This document shows positions 1 to 8,477 of a stretch of 64,000 nucleotides of DNA, in pieces (the first letter of the stretch is position 1; the number at the start of each line of letters is the position of its first letter). The translations under genes and the position numbers were made by a program. The notes beneath the pieces were generated by a model. The model was given only the letters and a program-made list of their open reading frames with translations, was not told where the DNA came from and ran no database searches. Source of the stretch: an uncultured delta proteobacterium (GTDB taxonomy: Bacteria; Myxococcota_A; Polyangia; Fen-1088). The DNA lies in contig CAWCMR010000008.1 in the NCBI GenBank assembly GCA_963796685.1, positions 576,001 to 640,000 on the forward strand, given 5' to 3'.

Positions 1-458
1 TGATCCGCTCGGTCGCGTCGTCCAGCTCGGCCGCGACCAGGATGATCCGATGCGACTCGTTCAGCGATTCTTCGTCCAGGGTGGTCCCGAAGCGCGTCCT
101 GAAGGCATCATCCAGCGTGCGGTCCTTGGAGAAGCGCTGGTAGATCTGCGCGATCTTCTCGGGCGCCAGATCCTCGACCCACGAGGCGTAGTCCAGTCGC
201 CTGCGCAACGATCTCGCGGGGTGTCCGATCACGCTTCATCTCGATGAGCACCAGCGATGCATCGGGCGCGATGGCCAGCAGGTCGATGCGCCCACCGAAC
301 GGCGTGATCACTTGCTGGCCGATGAGCATCCAGTCGGGGGAGAGGATGGTGGGATCGGCGACGATCATGTCCTCAAGCTTCTGCTCGCTCAGCAGGCGGT
401 CGGGGGCGAGGGGCGTGGGGGAGTCGCCGACGGTCCAGATGGCGTGTTTGTTGGGCAT
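1..458 (-). CDS. NucS/DUF91-like PD-(D/E)xK endonuclease domain protein (runs off window start; apparent +1 frameshift near 197)
   Basis: ATG at 458 (MPNKHAIW). Motifs EQKLEDMI, GGRIDLLAI, LVLIEMKRD. The frame continues after one extra base as AQALDYASWVEDL...SHRIILVAAELD. Confidence 0.75.
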
Positions 459-551
459 GGTGCCTTCACTCAGGGCAGATTGTTCCTTGCGCGGCACTCC
501 CGAGTGGGGACGAGTCGGCTTGCCGAAAGCAGCAGCGTCGCTCATACCCCA

Positions 552-1349
552 TCAGCTGACAGGGAGCCATAACAAGGTCATGACGGCGCCAAGGCTCGGG
601 ATGAAGATGGAGTGCTCCTTGAGGATTTCATCATCCCTGGCGTCCGGCTTCCAGGCAGATGCTTCCACTGATTCTTGCCGAGAGGGAAGCGCCTTCCCAG
701 CGAATGCATCGATGGCCAAGCTATAACTGTCAAGCTTCGCTCCCCGTTCGATGATTCTGCCAAACGTGCGACTTCTTCGCGTCCATTTCACCTTGGCGTC
801 GATGGAATAGACTACTGCCGCGCGTTCGTCCGATAGTTCGGCGAATCGTAGGGCGGCCGCGCTGAGGGTCACCTGGAATTCGTCAGACAGTCTTCGGGGA
901 ACGTCCCAAGTCACTTCTCGCGCCTGGGTGCGAGGCTGGAAGAGCTTCGCTGGCATCAAGAATTCCGCCGCGAACGCGTTCGCCTCGGCCTCGGTCCCTC
1001 CGCCTTCGTAGTCTGTGACCAGTTGTTCGCCAGTGCAAAGGCCCAGATACGATTCGTCCTTGTGCAACTCGAAGTGTCCCAACTCATGGGCGATTGCGAA
1101 CCGTCTTTCTTCGCGCGACAGCTCGGAAGAGACGGTCACCATGCCCTTCTTGCCGACGCGTACCAGGTTCGCCCTGGCACCTTGGATTGGGGCTTCCCGC
1201 ACCTCCAGCCCGCGCAGTGAGGCGAGCGTCTCAACCATGCCCAACCTGGGATCGGGAACGTCTAGTTCTGCAAGTGCGCGCCTGGCCGAGGCGGCTGCCC
1301 CGCCCCAGTCGGGTGCGATTCTCTGACCGAAGAGATCCCGCCTTCTCAC
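552..1349 (-). CDS. ImmA/IrrE-family Zn metallopeptidase with C-terminal extension (IrrE/CapP-like architecture)
   Basis: RRFAIAHELGH (HEXXH) and EAEANAFAAEFLMP, then an HTH-like segment LSDEFQVTLSAAALR and a further C-terminal domain. Confidence 0.9.
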   Translation of the reverse strand: MRRRDLFGQRIAPDWGGAAASARRALAELDVPDPRLGMVETLASLRGLEVREAPIQGARANLVRVGKKGMVTVSSELSREERRFAIAHELGHFELHKDESYLGLCTGEQLVTDYEGGGTEAEANAFAAEFLMPAKLFQPRTQAREVTWDVPRRLSDEFQVTLSAAALRFAELSDERAAVVYSIDAKVKWTRRSRTFGRIIERGAKLDSYSLAIDAFAGKALPSRQESVEASAWKPDARDDEILKEHSIFIPSLGAVMTLLWLPVS

Positions 1350-1753
1350 TCCCCCTTGCCTTCGAGTAGGTGCCTCAACGAGGCGATCATCTCGGCGATG
1401 TCTTCCGGCCCTGCGTCCTGGAACTTCATGGCGTGAAAAGCTGCCTCGCGTCCGGCCGCTTGCATCAGAACGCGTAGCTCCGCGACCAGCTGTTCCTTCG
1501 ATGGAAGAGGTCCATCGGGTCTTGTGACTGGATTTGCCAGCGACCTTTGCCTGCGTGCTTGCTCGGCTTCGGCCAGCCGTCTCATTGTACGCTCGCGATG
1601 TAGCCTTTCGATGAGCGCGGATGTGTCCGCCACCATGGCCTTCATTTCGGCCTGAGCTTCCGCATCAACCGCGGCCGCTACCTCAGCGCCGGTATCCTCC
1701 ACGAGGACGGCTAGCAGGTCATCAAGCGTCTTGGATGCACGTCCATCACTCAT
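1346..1753 (-). CDS. Hypothetical helical protein (possible anti-sigma factor or protease substrate)
   Basis: 135-aa ORF overlapping both neighbours (4 bp with the peptidase, 8 bp with the sigma-like gene). Amphipathic helical sequence, no TM segment seen. Confidence 0.7.
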   Translation of the reverse strand: MSDGRASKTLDDLLAVLVEDTGAEVAAAVDAEAQAEMKAMVADTSALIERLHRERTMRRLAEAEQARRQRSLANPVTRPDGPLPSKEQLVAELRVLMQAAGREAAFHAMKFQDAGPEDIAEMIASLRHLLEGKGE

Positions 1754-2312
1754 GGTCGTTCCCCCGCCTGGATATGGAAAGCTTGCTTCGTTCGATCAGG
1801 CGCTTGAGGCGCTTTGATACCACGGAAACCTTGTCGGGGGACCAACCGAGCCCAGCGGCGATGTCTTCCCTCTTCGGCCCCAACTCCTCGATTCCCAGAA
1901 TTAGGTACTCTTCCAACTCTGTGTCGCCAGTGCTCTTCACAAGATCCCGCACCGCATCGAGCACCTCACCATCGCCGCCTTCGACTGGAGGCGGATCCAG
2001 ATTCTCGACATTCTCGGCAAGTTCGGTCCGTTGAAGCTTCTTCGCGACGGACGTTGTAACACTCGTCATGGCCAGCACAATTGTCTTCCGCACGTCACCA
2101 TCGAACTCCGGGCTTTGCTCTCCTTCGAAAATCCTGATCAAGGTTTCGCTCACAAGTTCTCGAGCCTCCATCGCGCTCGGTTGGTAGTCTGACCCGCCGG
2201 CCCATCCCCGTCGCCTCAAAATTGCGGTCGCAGCGCTCAGGAGAGTCGGCAGCAGCGCTGCAATGTCTGCAGCGCGGATGGCTTTCACCAATACATCGTT
2301 ATGGTCGCTCAC
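1746..2312 (-). CDS. Divergent ECF-like sigma-70 family protein
   Basis: Region-2-like EARELVSETLIRIF and region-4-like GPKREDIAAGLGWSPDKVSVVSKRLKRL. GTG start with GAGGT RBS. Confidence 0.6.
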   Translation of the reverse strand: MSDHNDVLVKAIRAADIAALLPTLLSAATAILRRRGWAGGSDYQPSAMEARELVSETLIRIFEGEQSPEFDGDVRKTIVLAMTSVTTSVAKKLQRTELAENVENLDPPPVEGGDGEVLDAVRDLVKSTGDTELEEYLILGIEELGPKREDIAAGLGWSPDKVSVVSKRLKRLIERSKLSISRRGNDHE

Positions 2313-2325
2313 TGGATGGCTACCT

Positions 2326-2441
2326 CACAAGGTTCTTGTGCCGGCTATTCCTGGTCAGCAATCGCATGATAAGCCGCGTACGGCAAAACCTGAAAAATGT
2401 CCCCCGCTGACCAGAAACGTTCTTGTCGGGAACCTTTCTGG
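2326..2441. promoter_or_regulatory. Divergent promoter region with inverted repeats
   Basis: CACAAG-gtt-CTTGTG (2326-2340); CTGGTCAGC/GCTGACCAG (2351-2359 and 2406-2414); CCAGAAACGTTC-N7-GAACCTTTCTGG (2411-2441, 11/12 match). Confidence 0.45.
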
Positions 2442-2504
2442 GTAAGGGCGATCATCGATCCAAACGCGCCCGCAACAACCAAGGGGCACGATGCCCAGGA
2501 AAGA

Positions 2505-2720
2505 ATGATGCAAATGACAATGTCGACACGAAATTCTGGAAAGGCCTGGACTGGCGGCGAGAAGGCGCAGCTTCGTTCTCTCGCGCGCCAGAACACTCCA
2601 ACTCGAGTCGTCGGGTTGAAGCTCGGCCGTACCGAAGAATCGGTCCGCTCGAAGGCCTCGGAATTGGGCGTCTCGCTCAAACCGACGAACCAGAGCCCGT
2701 ACAACCGTCACAAGAGGTAG
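2505..2720 (+). CDS. Small conserved Myb/HTH-like hypothetical protein
   Basis: NSGKAWTGGEKAQLRSLA...VVGLKLGRTEESVRSKASELGVSL resembles a Myb/SANT-like three-helix pattern. AGGAAAG RBS. Start could be anywhere from 2505 to 2520. Confidence 0.75.
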   Translation: MMQMTMSTRNSGKAWTGGEKAQLRSLARQNTPTRVVGLKLGRTEESVRSKASELGVSLKPTNQSPYNRHKR

Positions 2721-2726
2721 CACCCC

Positions 2727-2993
2727 ATGGCTGACGTACTTGTCACGTGCATCACGAAGCCGGATCCCAACAGCCGCTTCGAGGGAATAACCCATGTCGG
2801 CGGCCAGGGGTGGCAATGGCCCGTGTCTCAGGTCATCGAGTCTATCCGCAGCCGCACGAACACCTTCTATACATTCGTCGGCGGCAAGCGCGCCGATCTC
2901 GAAGTAGTCGACGCCCCTCGGCCCTACCTACGGACACGGGCTGACGGAGTGTGGAACGACAATCTGCTGGCGCTTTCTCGCTGCGGTGGGTGA
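2727..2993 (+). CDS. DUF3892 domain-containing protein
   Basis: VTCITK...ITHVGG...VIESI...FYT...YLRTRADGVWNDNLLALSRC matches the DUF3892 pattern. GAGG RBS. Confidence 0.85.
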   Translation: MADVLVTCITKPDPNSRFEGITHVGGQGWQWPVSQVIESIRSRTNTFYTFVGGKRADLEVVDAPRPYLRTRADGVWNDNLLALSRCGG

Positions 2994-3046
2994 CGCTTTC
3001 CGGGTCCAGTATTCCCGCGACGGCGTGGTGGGCTGGCGGCACCGGC

Positions 3047-3901
3047 CTAGTGTAGGCGGTCAACTCCGACCAACATCTTCGACGCCACGGCAGCCTTCGT
3101 GATCGCCAAGAACTCATGCGACGGGATGGTCGCATCGAACACACCTTCGGCCTTCGATTGCAGTGTATCCATCGCGAATTCCAGATGGGTATCCGGGACC
3201 TTGGCAGACGATCCAAGAATGATCGCCGCGCGATAGAGCTTTCGACCTTCCGCCTCTTCGAGAATGTCCTTGACCTTGCCGAGCTGGTGGAACCCGTAGC
3301 CGATGCGCAGGGCACGGCGCTCGAGATCGGCTCTTGGGGCCTCGGGATCGATCGCATCCAACGCCACGAGGTGTTCGCGGGCACTCAGGACGCGAGCGAA
3401 CTTGAAGTCTTCCGCGGCGAGGTGCTTGCGGACTTCAGGCGAGAGGTATTCCCTGGGCGGGGCTTGCTTGCATAGGTAGTCGCCCGGGATCTCGAACTTC
3501 GAGACGAGCAAGTCCTCGAGACGGGACTGGATCTGCTGTGCCTTCGCCCGCTCGCCTCTCTTCGAACCGGCTCTTGCCAGGTATCGTTCGACCAGCGTTT
3601 GCACGAACGCGTTGATGTTGCTCGTTAGAATCTCCCGAGGTCCGGTCAGGCTGAACTGCGCAGAAGCGGACGAGATGAGCCTTGCCCCTTCGCCGCCGGC
3701 GTCCTCCACCGCTGTGCTGAGATGTCTCAGGTAGAGGTCGAGGAGCCCCCTGTCGAACTTTGGGGCCACGCAGGACAGCTTGGGGAAGGTCTCGTCGTAG
3801 ACCAGCGAGTTGCGGTCGTTCGCCACGAACAGTGCGACGTTGACGGGCTCTACGACTTCCGGGTCTGGTGAAAAGCGAACCACTTGGTAGTAGGGCTTCA
3901 T
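3047..3901 (-). CDS. DUF3037 domain-containing protein (partner of HipA-like kinase)
   Basis: N-terminus MKPYYQVVRFSPDPEVVEPVNVALF is typical of DUF3037. ATG overlaps the kinase stop (ATGA, 3898-3901). Confidence 0.8.
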   Translation of the reverse strand: MKPYYQVVRFSPDPEVVEPVNVALFVANDRNSLVYDETFPKLSCVAPKFDRGLLDLYLRHLSTAVEDAGGEGARLISSASAQFSLTGPREILTSNINAFVQTLVERYLARAGSKRGERAKAQQIQSRLEDLLVSKFEIPGDYLCKQAPPREYLSPEVRKHLAAEDFKFARVLSAREHLVALDAIDPEAPRADLERRALRIGYGFHQLGKVKDILEEAEGRKLYRAAIILGSSAKVPDTHLEFAMDTLQSKAEGVFDATIPSHEFLAITKAAVASKMLVGVDRLH

Positions 3902-4440
3902 GACCAAATCTCCGCGAGAATTTGTGGCAACTTCATCTTTCGCTTCTGGAGGGCCTGGCACGTGCTGTCGGCCCAGGTGAAGGAACTTCCTACCGCTGAC
4001 TCGACAGTTTGGACGACCTCTTTGATGGTGTCCACCGGTAGATCCTGGAGGCGTTGCAGGAACCCGCCCCACTGAACCGGTCGCGTCACGGCGCGGGACA
4101 GGTCGCCCGTAGGTCGCAGTTTTCTAGGGTCCACGCCGGTGGATTGCATCAGCGGATGTGGGCCTCTGAGGGCCTCCGCCTTCTCGAAATCGATCGCGAC
4201 GACCTCGAGTTCCTTCGCCGACCCACGCACGAGCACGTTCCCGGAATTGCGGTCGGTGTTTGCGATCCAGGCGTCAAACGCGACCAGGGCCCCCATCGCG
4301 AGGATGGTCGAGGCCGACGGGCACGCGCTGAGCAGCCTGTCTCCACCGCGGATGACGTTTTCCTCCTTGGCCGACGCAAACCACAAGGCCGACTCGTCAT
4401 CCCCGAAATACCCCAGCGCAAACCCAGGCGTCAGTATTCC
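3898..4440 (-). pseudogene. HipA-like kinase, C-terminal part (interrupted by ISL3)
   Basis: AFDAWIANTDRNSGNVLV and VVAIDFEKA correspond to the catalytic-loop and Mg-binding motifs of HipA/PI3-4K-like kinases. Confidence 0.85.
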
Positions 4441-5851
4441 GGCTCTCCTGACATCTTCGTAAGGGGAGATCTCGTAGGTGCGACGCACGTCGTCGACGGA
4501 GATGTGGGCGGCATGAGTTTCGGGTGAGGTGGAGACGAAGTGCGCACGGGCACCTGGGGTATCGTGTGGCTTGTCTAGAACCCACAAGCCCAGGAGCCCA
4601 TGCGCGCAACCACCCTATTCCGAAACCTACTCCAATTTCCACATACCCGTGTCCTGGCGGTCGAATTCGATCTGCTTGGCATATTGGTGCACGTGGCGCC
4701 AACGACGACCGTTCCCTACTGCTCAGGCTGCGGATGTCGGGTCCATGACGTGTTCGATGCTCGGGCTCGGAACTGGCGGCATCTGGACGCGTGCGGGATG
4801 GAGGTTCTTCTGCGCTACACCCTGCGCAGGGTTGACTGTCCTCGGTGCGGCGTGGTCATCGAGATGGTCCCTTGGGCCGAGCCGAAGGTCGGCTTCACGC
4901 GTGACTTCGAGGACCATGTGGCCTATCTGGCCCAACAAGCAAGCCAGACGATGGTGGCCGAAACCATGCGCATCGCGTGGCGCACCGTCGGCGCCATCAT
5001 CCAGCGGGTGGTGCCGCGGCACCGAGATCCTAGCCTTCTCCTCGAGGACCTCGAACACATCGGCGTCGACGAGTTGTCGTACCGGCGGCACCATGAGTAC
5101 GTCACCGTCGTTGTCGACCACGTCTCGCAGCGGGTCGTCTGGGCCCACGAGGGCAAGAACGCTGCGACGCTCGGCTGCTTCTTCGACGCTCTCGGCCCGG
5201 AACGAACCAGCAAGCTCAAGACCGTCACCATCGACATGTCCGCGGCCTACATCGACGCGGTCACCTCGCGAGCGCCACAAGCGCAGATCGTCTTCGACCG
5301 CTTCCACGTTCAGAGACTCGTGCAGGAAGCACTCGACGAGCTCCGGCGTGCGGAGGTCCGACTCCTGGAGGACACCGACGAACGCGGGCAACTGAAGAAG
5401 ACCAAGTACCTTCTGCTCAAGAATCCGTGGAACCTATCCAGGGCCGAGTCTGAGAGGCTTTCGACCCTCCCGAAGACCAATGCCCGACTCTATCGCGGCT
5501 ACCTGCTCAAGATCGCCATCTGCGACATCCTCGGTCGTCGCCAGGTCAACGTCGTCAAACAGAAGCTCGAAGAATGGATCAGTTGGGCCAGGCGATCCAG
5601 ACTACCTTCCTTCAAGAAGGTCGCCGCGACCATCAAGAAATACCTGGACGGCATCGTGGCCATTGTCGCCACAGGGCTCAATAACGGAAGAACCGAGGGC
5701 CTTAATGGCAAGATCAGGGTCATCACCCGCAGGGCCTATGGCTTCCACAACGCTCAAGCCCTCATTGGCTTCATCTTCCTCTGCTGCTCAGGCGTTGTCC
5801 TTCATCCCGTCTTCAAGGTGCCCGCGCTTCCATGAAGATGTCAGGAGAGCC
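4441..5851 (+). mobile_element. Complete ISL3-family insertion sequence (1411 bp)
   Basis: Perfect 18-bp terminal IRs GGCTCTCCTGACATCTTC (4441-4458 and 5834-5851). 8-bp direct repeat AGTATTCC at 4433-4440 and 5852-5859. Confidence 0.97.
4600..5835 (+). CDS. ISL3-family transposase
   Basis: Zn-finger CSGCG...CPRCG, IGVDE, VTIDM, DRFHV, NGRTEGLNGKIRVITRRAYGF. AGGAG RBS. Confidence 0.96.
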   Translation: MRATTLFRNLLQFPHTRVLAVEFDLLGILVHVAPTTTVPYCSGCGCRVHDVFDARARNWRHLDACGMEVLLRYTLRRVDCPRCGVVIEMVPWAEPKVGFTRDFEDHVAYLAQQASQTMVAETMRIAWRTVGAIIQRVVPRHRDPSLLLEDLEHIGVDELSYRRHHEYVTVVVDHVSQRVVWAHEGKNAATLGCFFDALGPERTSKLKTVTIDMSAAYIDAVTSRAPQAQIVFDRFHVQRLVQEALDELRRAEVRLLEDTDERGQLKKTKYLLLKNPWNLSRAESERLSTLPKTNARLYRGYLLKIAICDILGRRQVNVVKQKLEEWISWARRSRLPSFKKVAATIKKYLDGIVAIVATGLNNGRTEGLNGKIRVITRRAYGFHNAQALIGFIFLCCSGVVLHPVFKVPALP

Positions 5852-6045
5852 AGTATTCCAAGCTGTCCGGCCAGGATGTATGCAATCGCTTCGCTGACCA
5901 CAATGTTCAGATCAGGACCTTTCACGATGTATTGGTTGCCGGCTTCGTCCATGGAAGCCTGGGGATCCGTGCTGTATACGATGCCCTCCGGCCGCGCGAC
6001 GGTGCCCCGATCCATCAGCTCGACGATGCGAATCTCGGTGACCAC
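5852..6045 (-). pseudogene. HipA-like kinase, N-terminal part (interrupted by ISL3)
   Basis: DEAGNQYIVKG...VVSEAIAYILAGQLGIL joins in frame to TPGFALGY once the IS and one TSD copy are removed. Start is GTG 6045 or ATG 6015. Confidence 0.85.
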
Positions 6046-6119
6046 TTGGTTCGGGTACGGTAACACCGGTGACGCGCGCGCACAAGAAAGCACCCACTCG
6101 GTCGATTCCTGGATGGCAC

Positions 6120-6749
6120 TCAAGGAGCCACAAGTTCGCGTATGTAGGACTTGTCCATCTCGTCGAGCCCGCACACGCACGGGCTGGGGAGCCATCGGTC
6201 GACAGACAGGTTCAGGTCCTCACAGTAGAGGCGGAGCGCCGAATCCGCCGCTGACGCAAATTCATCAGCCATGACCCCGCCGAACTCACTCACCAGGGCA
6301 AAGCCAAAGCACCATGCTCGTGTCTCTTCGCCAAGGATTTCTCCTCGTTCCGCCGGTGACAGCGGATTCGGCTTCTTTGCTTCTTCTCGCTCCCACACCG
6401 TCTTCCGAGTTTCCGCAGGTACCGGGTCCCCGTTCTCGATGGATAGGAGCTCGTCGGAGTTCCTTACCTTGCATTCCAGGTCTGCTACCCACTGCTGGTA
6501 CTTGTATAGGGCGCGATCATAGTCGCCCGTTCTTCGGCTCCTTGCGTGCGCACGAAAATGGCCAAGCTCATGGCAGAGGGTGAAAAGAGTCTCCCTGTCG
6601 GGACGACCGGGCGCGAGTTGGATTTCGTTCTTTCTGTGAAGGAATAGCCCGAAGGCGTTCTTTGGCTTGACGTCAACGATATGGACGGTTCGCCCAGCAA
6701 GGGAGACGGTTTCTGAGCGCAACCTGAGCCGTGCGAAAAAGTCACGCAT
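6120..6749 (-). CDS. HEXXH metallopeptidase-like protein (ImmA/IrrE-like)
   Basis: TLFTLCHELGHF plus downstream EETRAW. Lies directly downstream of hsdS. Confidence 0.65.
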   Translation of the reverse strand: MRDFFARLRLRSETVSLAGRTVHIVDVKPKNAFGLFLHRKNEIQLAPGRPDRETLFTLCHELGHFRAHARSRRTGDYDRALYKYQQWVADLECKVRNSDELLSIENGDPVPAETRKTVWEREEAKKPNPLSPAERGEILGEETRAWCFGFALVSEFGGVMADEFASAADSALRLYCEDLNLSVDRWLPSPCVCGLDEMDKSYIRELVAP

Positions 6750-6767
6750 GAGTGCACTGTCCGATTC

Positions 6768-8477
6768 TCATGCCGCCGTGAGATCCGCAACCAGAGCGGA
6801 GAGGAGGTGGTCGGCGGTGGTGCGGGCGGCGGCGAGTTGCGACTCGCACTGGTCTACCAGGGCCATCAACTGGTCCACCTTGGCGACGATTCGGCGTTGT
6901 TCGGCGAGGGGCGGGATCGGAATGGCAAACTCCCGGGCGTCGGTGAGGCTGATATTCGGTTGAGCGCTAGTGACCCTGGAGGACAGCATGTACTCCACTG
7001 CGAATGGACTGTTGAGGTAGTGAAGCAGAAAGGATGGATCCAAGTCCTCAACCCCTCTCACAAGTCGGATTAGGGCCACAGCCTGATTGATGTTGGCGAC
7101 GACGTGCAGGTCATAGATGGCCGTACGACCGATCGATGCTCCGACCAGGTTCATCAAGATGTCTCCTGTGATTAGGATCGATCTTGGCTCTATTTCGTTG
7201 AAGCACCGGTCAACGTACTTGAGCTCGTCGAGCTTTCTGAGCCTGTAGTTGCCAACATTTTCGCTCGTGATGAAGAGGACGCCTTCGGGCTCTGAAACGT
7301 AAGCTATGCCCTGCCATTTCGGTGATGAGCCTTTGGTGATGAGTTCGGTCACTTCCCCAAGCCTCGCCCAGCACCACGAATCGGGGACCTCAAAGGGTAG
7401 GCTGCTTGAGTCAAGCAGCCCGACCGGTTTGTCCTTGCCGATCTTGCCCTGCGCTTGAAGGTGCGCCTTGGTGGCCGAGATGCTAGCGAGTAGGTCCCGC
7501 GCGTCTCCGTCCCTGCGATCTTGCGGGACGAGGTGGCCTTGGACGGCTAGGGTTAGGATGGTTTTGCGGAGGTCGGCGGGGGTGATGGTGAAGGAATCGT
7601 GGAAGAGGAGCTCGAGGTTGGCTGGGGTGGGGGCGTCGGCGAAGCGGGCCAGGGCTCCGCGGGCGAGGGCCGTTTGCCAGGTGTCGCGCTTCTGTAACTG
7701 CGCCTCCAGCCGGTCGCACAACGCCATCAACTCGTCCACCTTCGCCACGATCCGCTTCTGCTCGGTGAGGGGTGGAAACGGGATCGGGCACGCACGGACC
7801 TGTCGCATGTTGATGGATGCCAGGTTGGTGGTCTGCTTCGATGCTGACTCAAAGTAGGAGCGTCCGACGGGCGAGTTGAAGTAGCCTTCAAACCAGCGCG
7901 GTAGGAGCGCATCCGAACGCATGCGAGCACGAAAGATGTGGTTCTGATGGAGGCATGGCGAGATTTGTCCCTTCCAGATCGCGGCTCGGCCGACCTTGTC
8001 CCAGTCGCCACCCTCGGTCATCAGAAGATCGTTCTCACGGAGCGCGTATCGTTCGATTTCGTCCTCAGCGATGGTCACTTCCTTGATCACGCTTAGGTCG
8101 ATTTCGCCTCTTTTCACGTTGGCTACGCGCAGGTACGGGAAAGAGACCATCTTCTTCCCCGTCACCTTACGACCCAAGGTCACACCGCCTGCAATGACTG
8201 CGACGTCCTCGAAACGGACGCGGTCCCACGACGGCAGGAGTGGGGAACTATCAGCCTCAATGCTGTCCTCTGTGGCTGCCGGCGTTTTCAGGCCTAGCCG
8301 TGCGAGGCATGTAGATGCCTCTTCGTCGTCGGGGACTTGTGGAACAAGTCGGCCTTGGACGGCGAAGCTGATGATCAGTTCGCGAAGTCTCCCCACTGCC
8401 CCGGTATGATCGGCAAGTTGGTCGAACCTTTCGAGAAGGCCATTCTTTCTGCGATCGGCGGAGGCTGCCTTCCTCAT
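6768..8477 (-). CDS. hsdS: Type I restriction-modification specificity subunit
   Basis: Two TRDs, with repeated PPLxEQxRIVAKVDxLMAL and LAVQGxLVPQ conserved segments. Overlaps the hsdM stop. Confidence 0.95.
   Translation of the reverse strand: MRKAASADRRKNGLLERFDQLADHTGAVGRLRELIISFAVQGRLVPQVPDDEEASTCLARLGLKTPAATEDSIEADSSPLLPSWDRVRFEDVAVIAGGVTLGRKVTGKKMVSFPYLRVANVKRGEIDLSVIKEVTIAEDEIERYALRENDLLMTEGGDWDKVGRAAIWKGQISPCLHQNHIFRARMRSDALLPRWFEGYFNSPVGRSYFESASKQTTNLASINMRQVRACPIPFPPLTEQKRIVAKVDELMALCDRLEAQLQKRDTWQTALARGALARFADAPTPANLELLFHDSFTITPADLRKTILTLAVQGHLVPQDRRDGDARDLLASISATKAHLQAQGKIGKDKPVGLLDSSSLPFEVPDSWCWARLGEVTELITKGSSPKWQGIAYVSEPEGVLFITSENVGNYRLRKLDELKYVDRCFNEIEPRSILITGDILMNLVGASIGRTAIYDLHVVANINQAVALIRLVRGVEDLDPSFLLHYLNSPFAVEYMLSSRVTSAQPNISLTDAREFAIPIPPLAEQRRIVAKVDQLMALVDQCESQLAAARTTADHLLSALVADLTAA

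Noticed and set aside
3008-3015. Third copy of AGTATTCC (the ISL3 target sequence)
   Set aside because: An 8-mer with no adjacent IS end is plausibly a chance occurrence.
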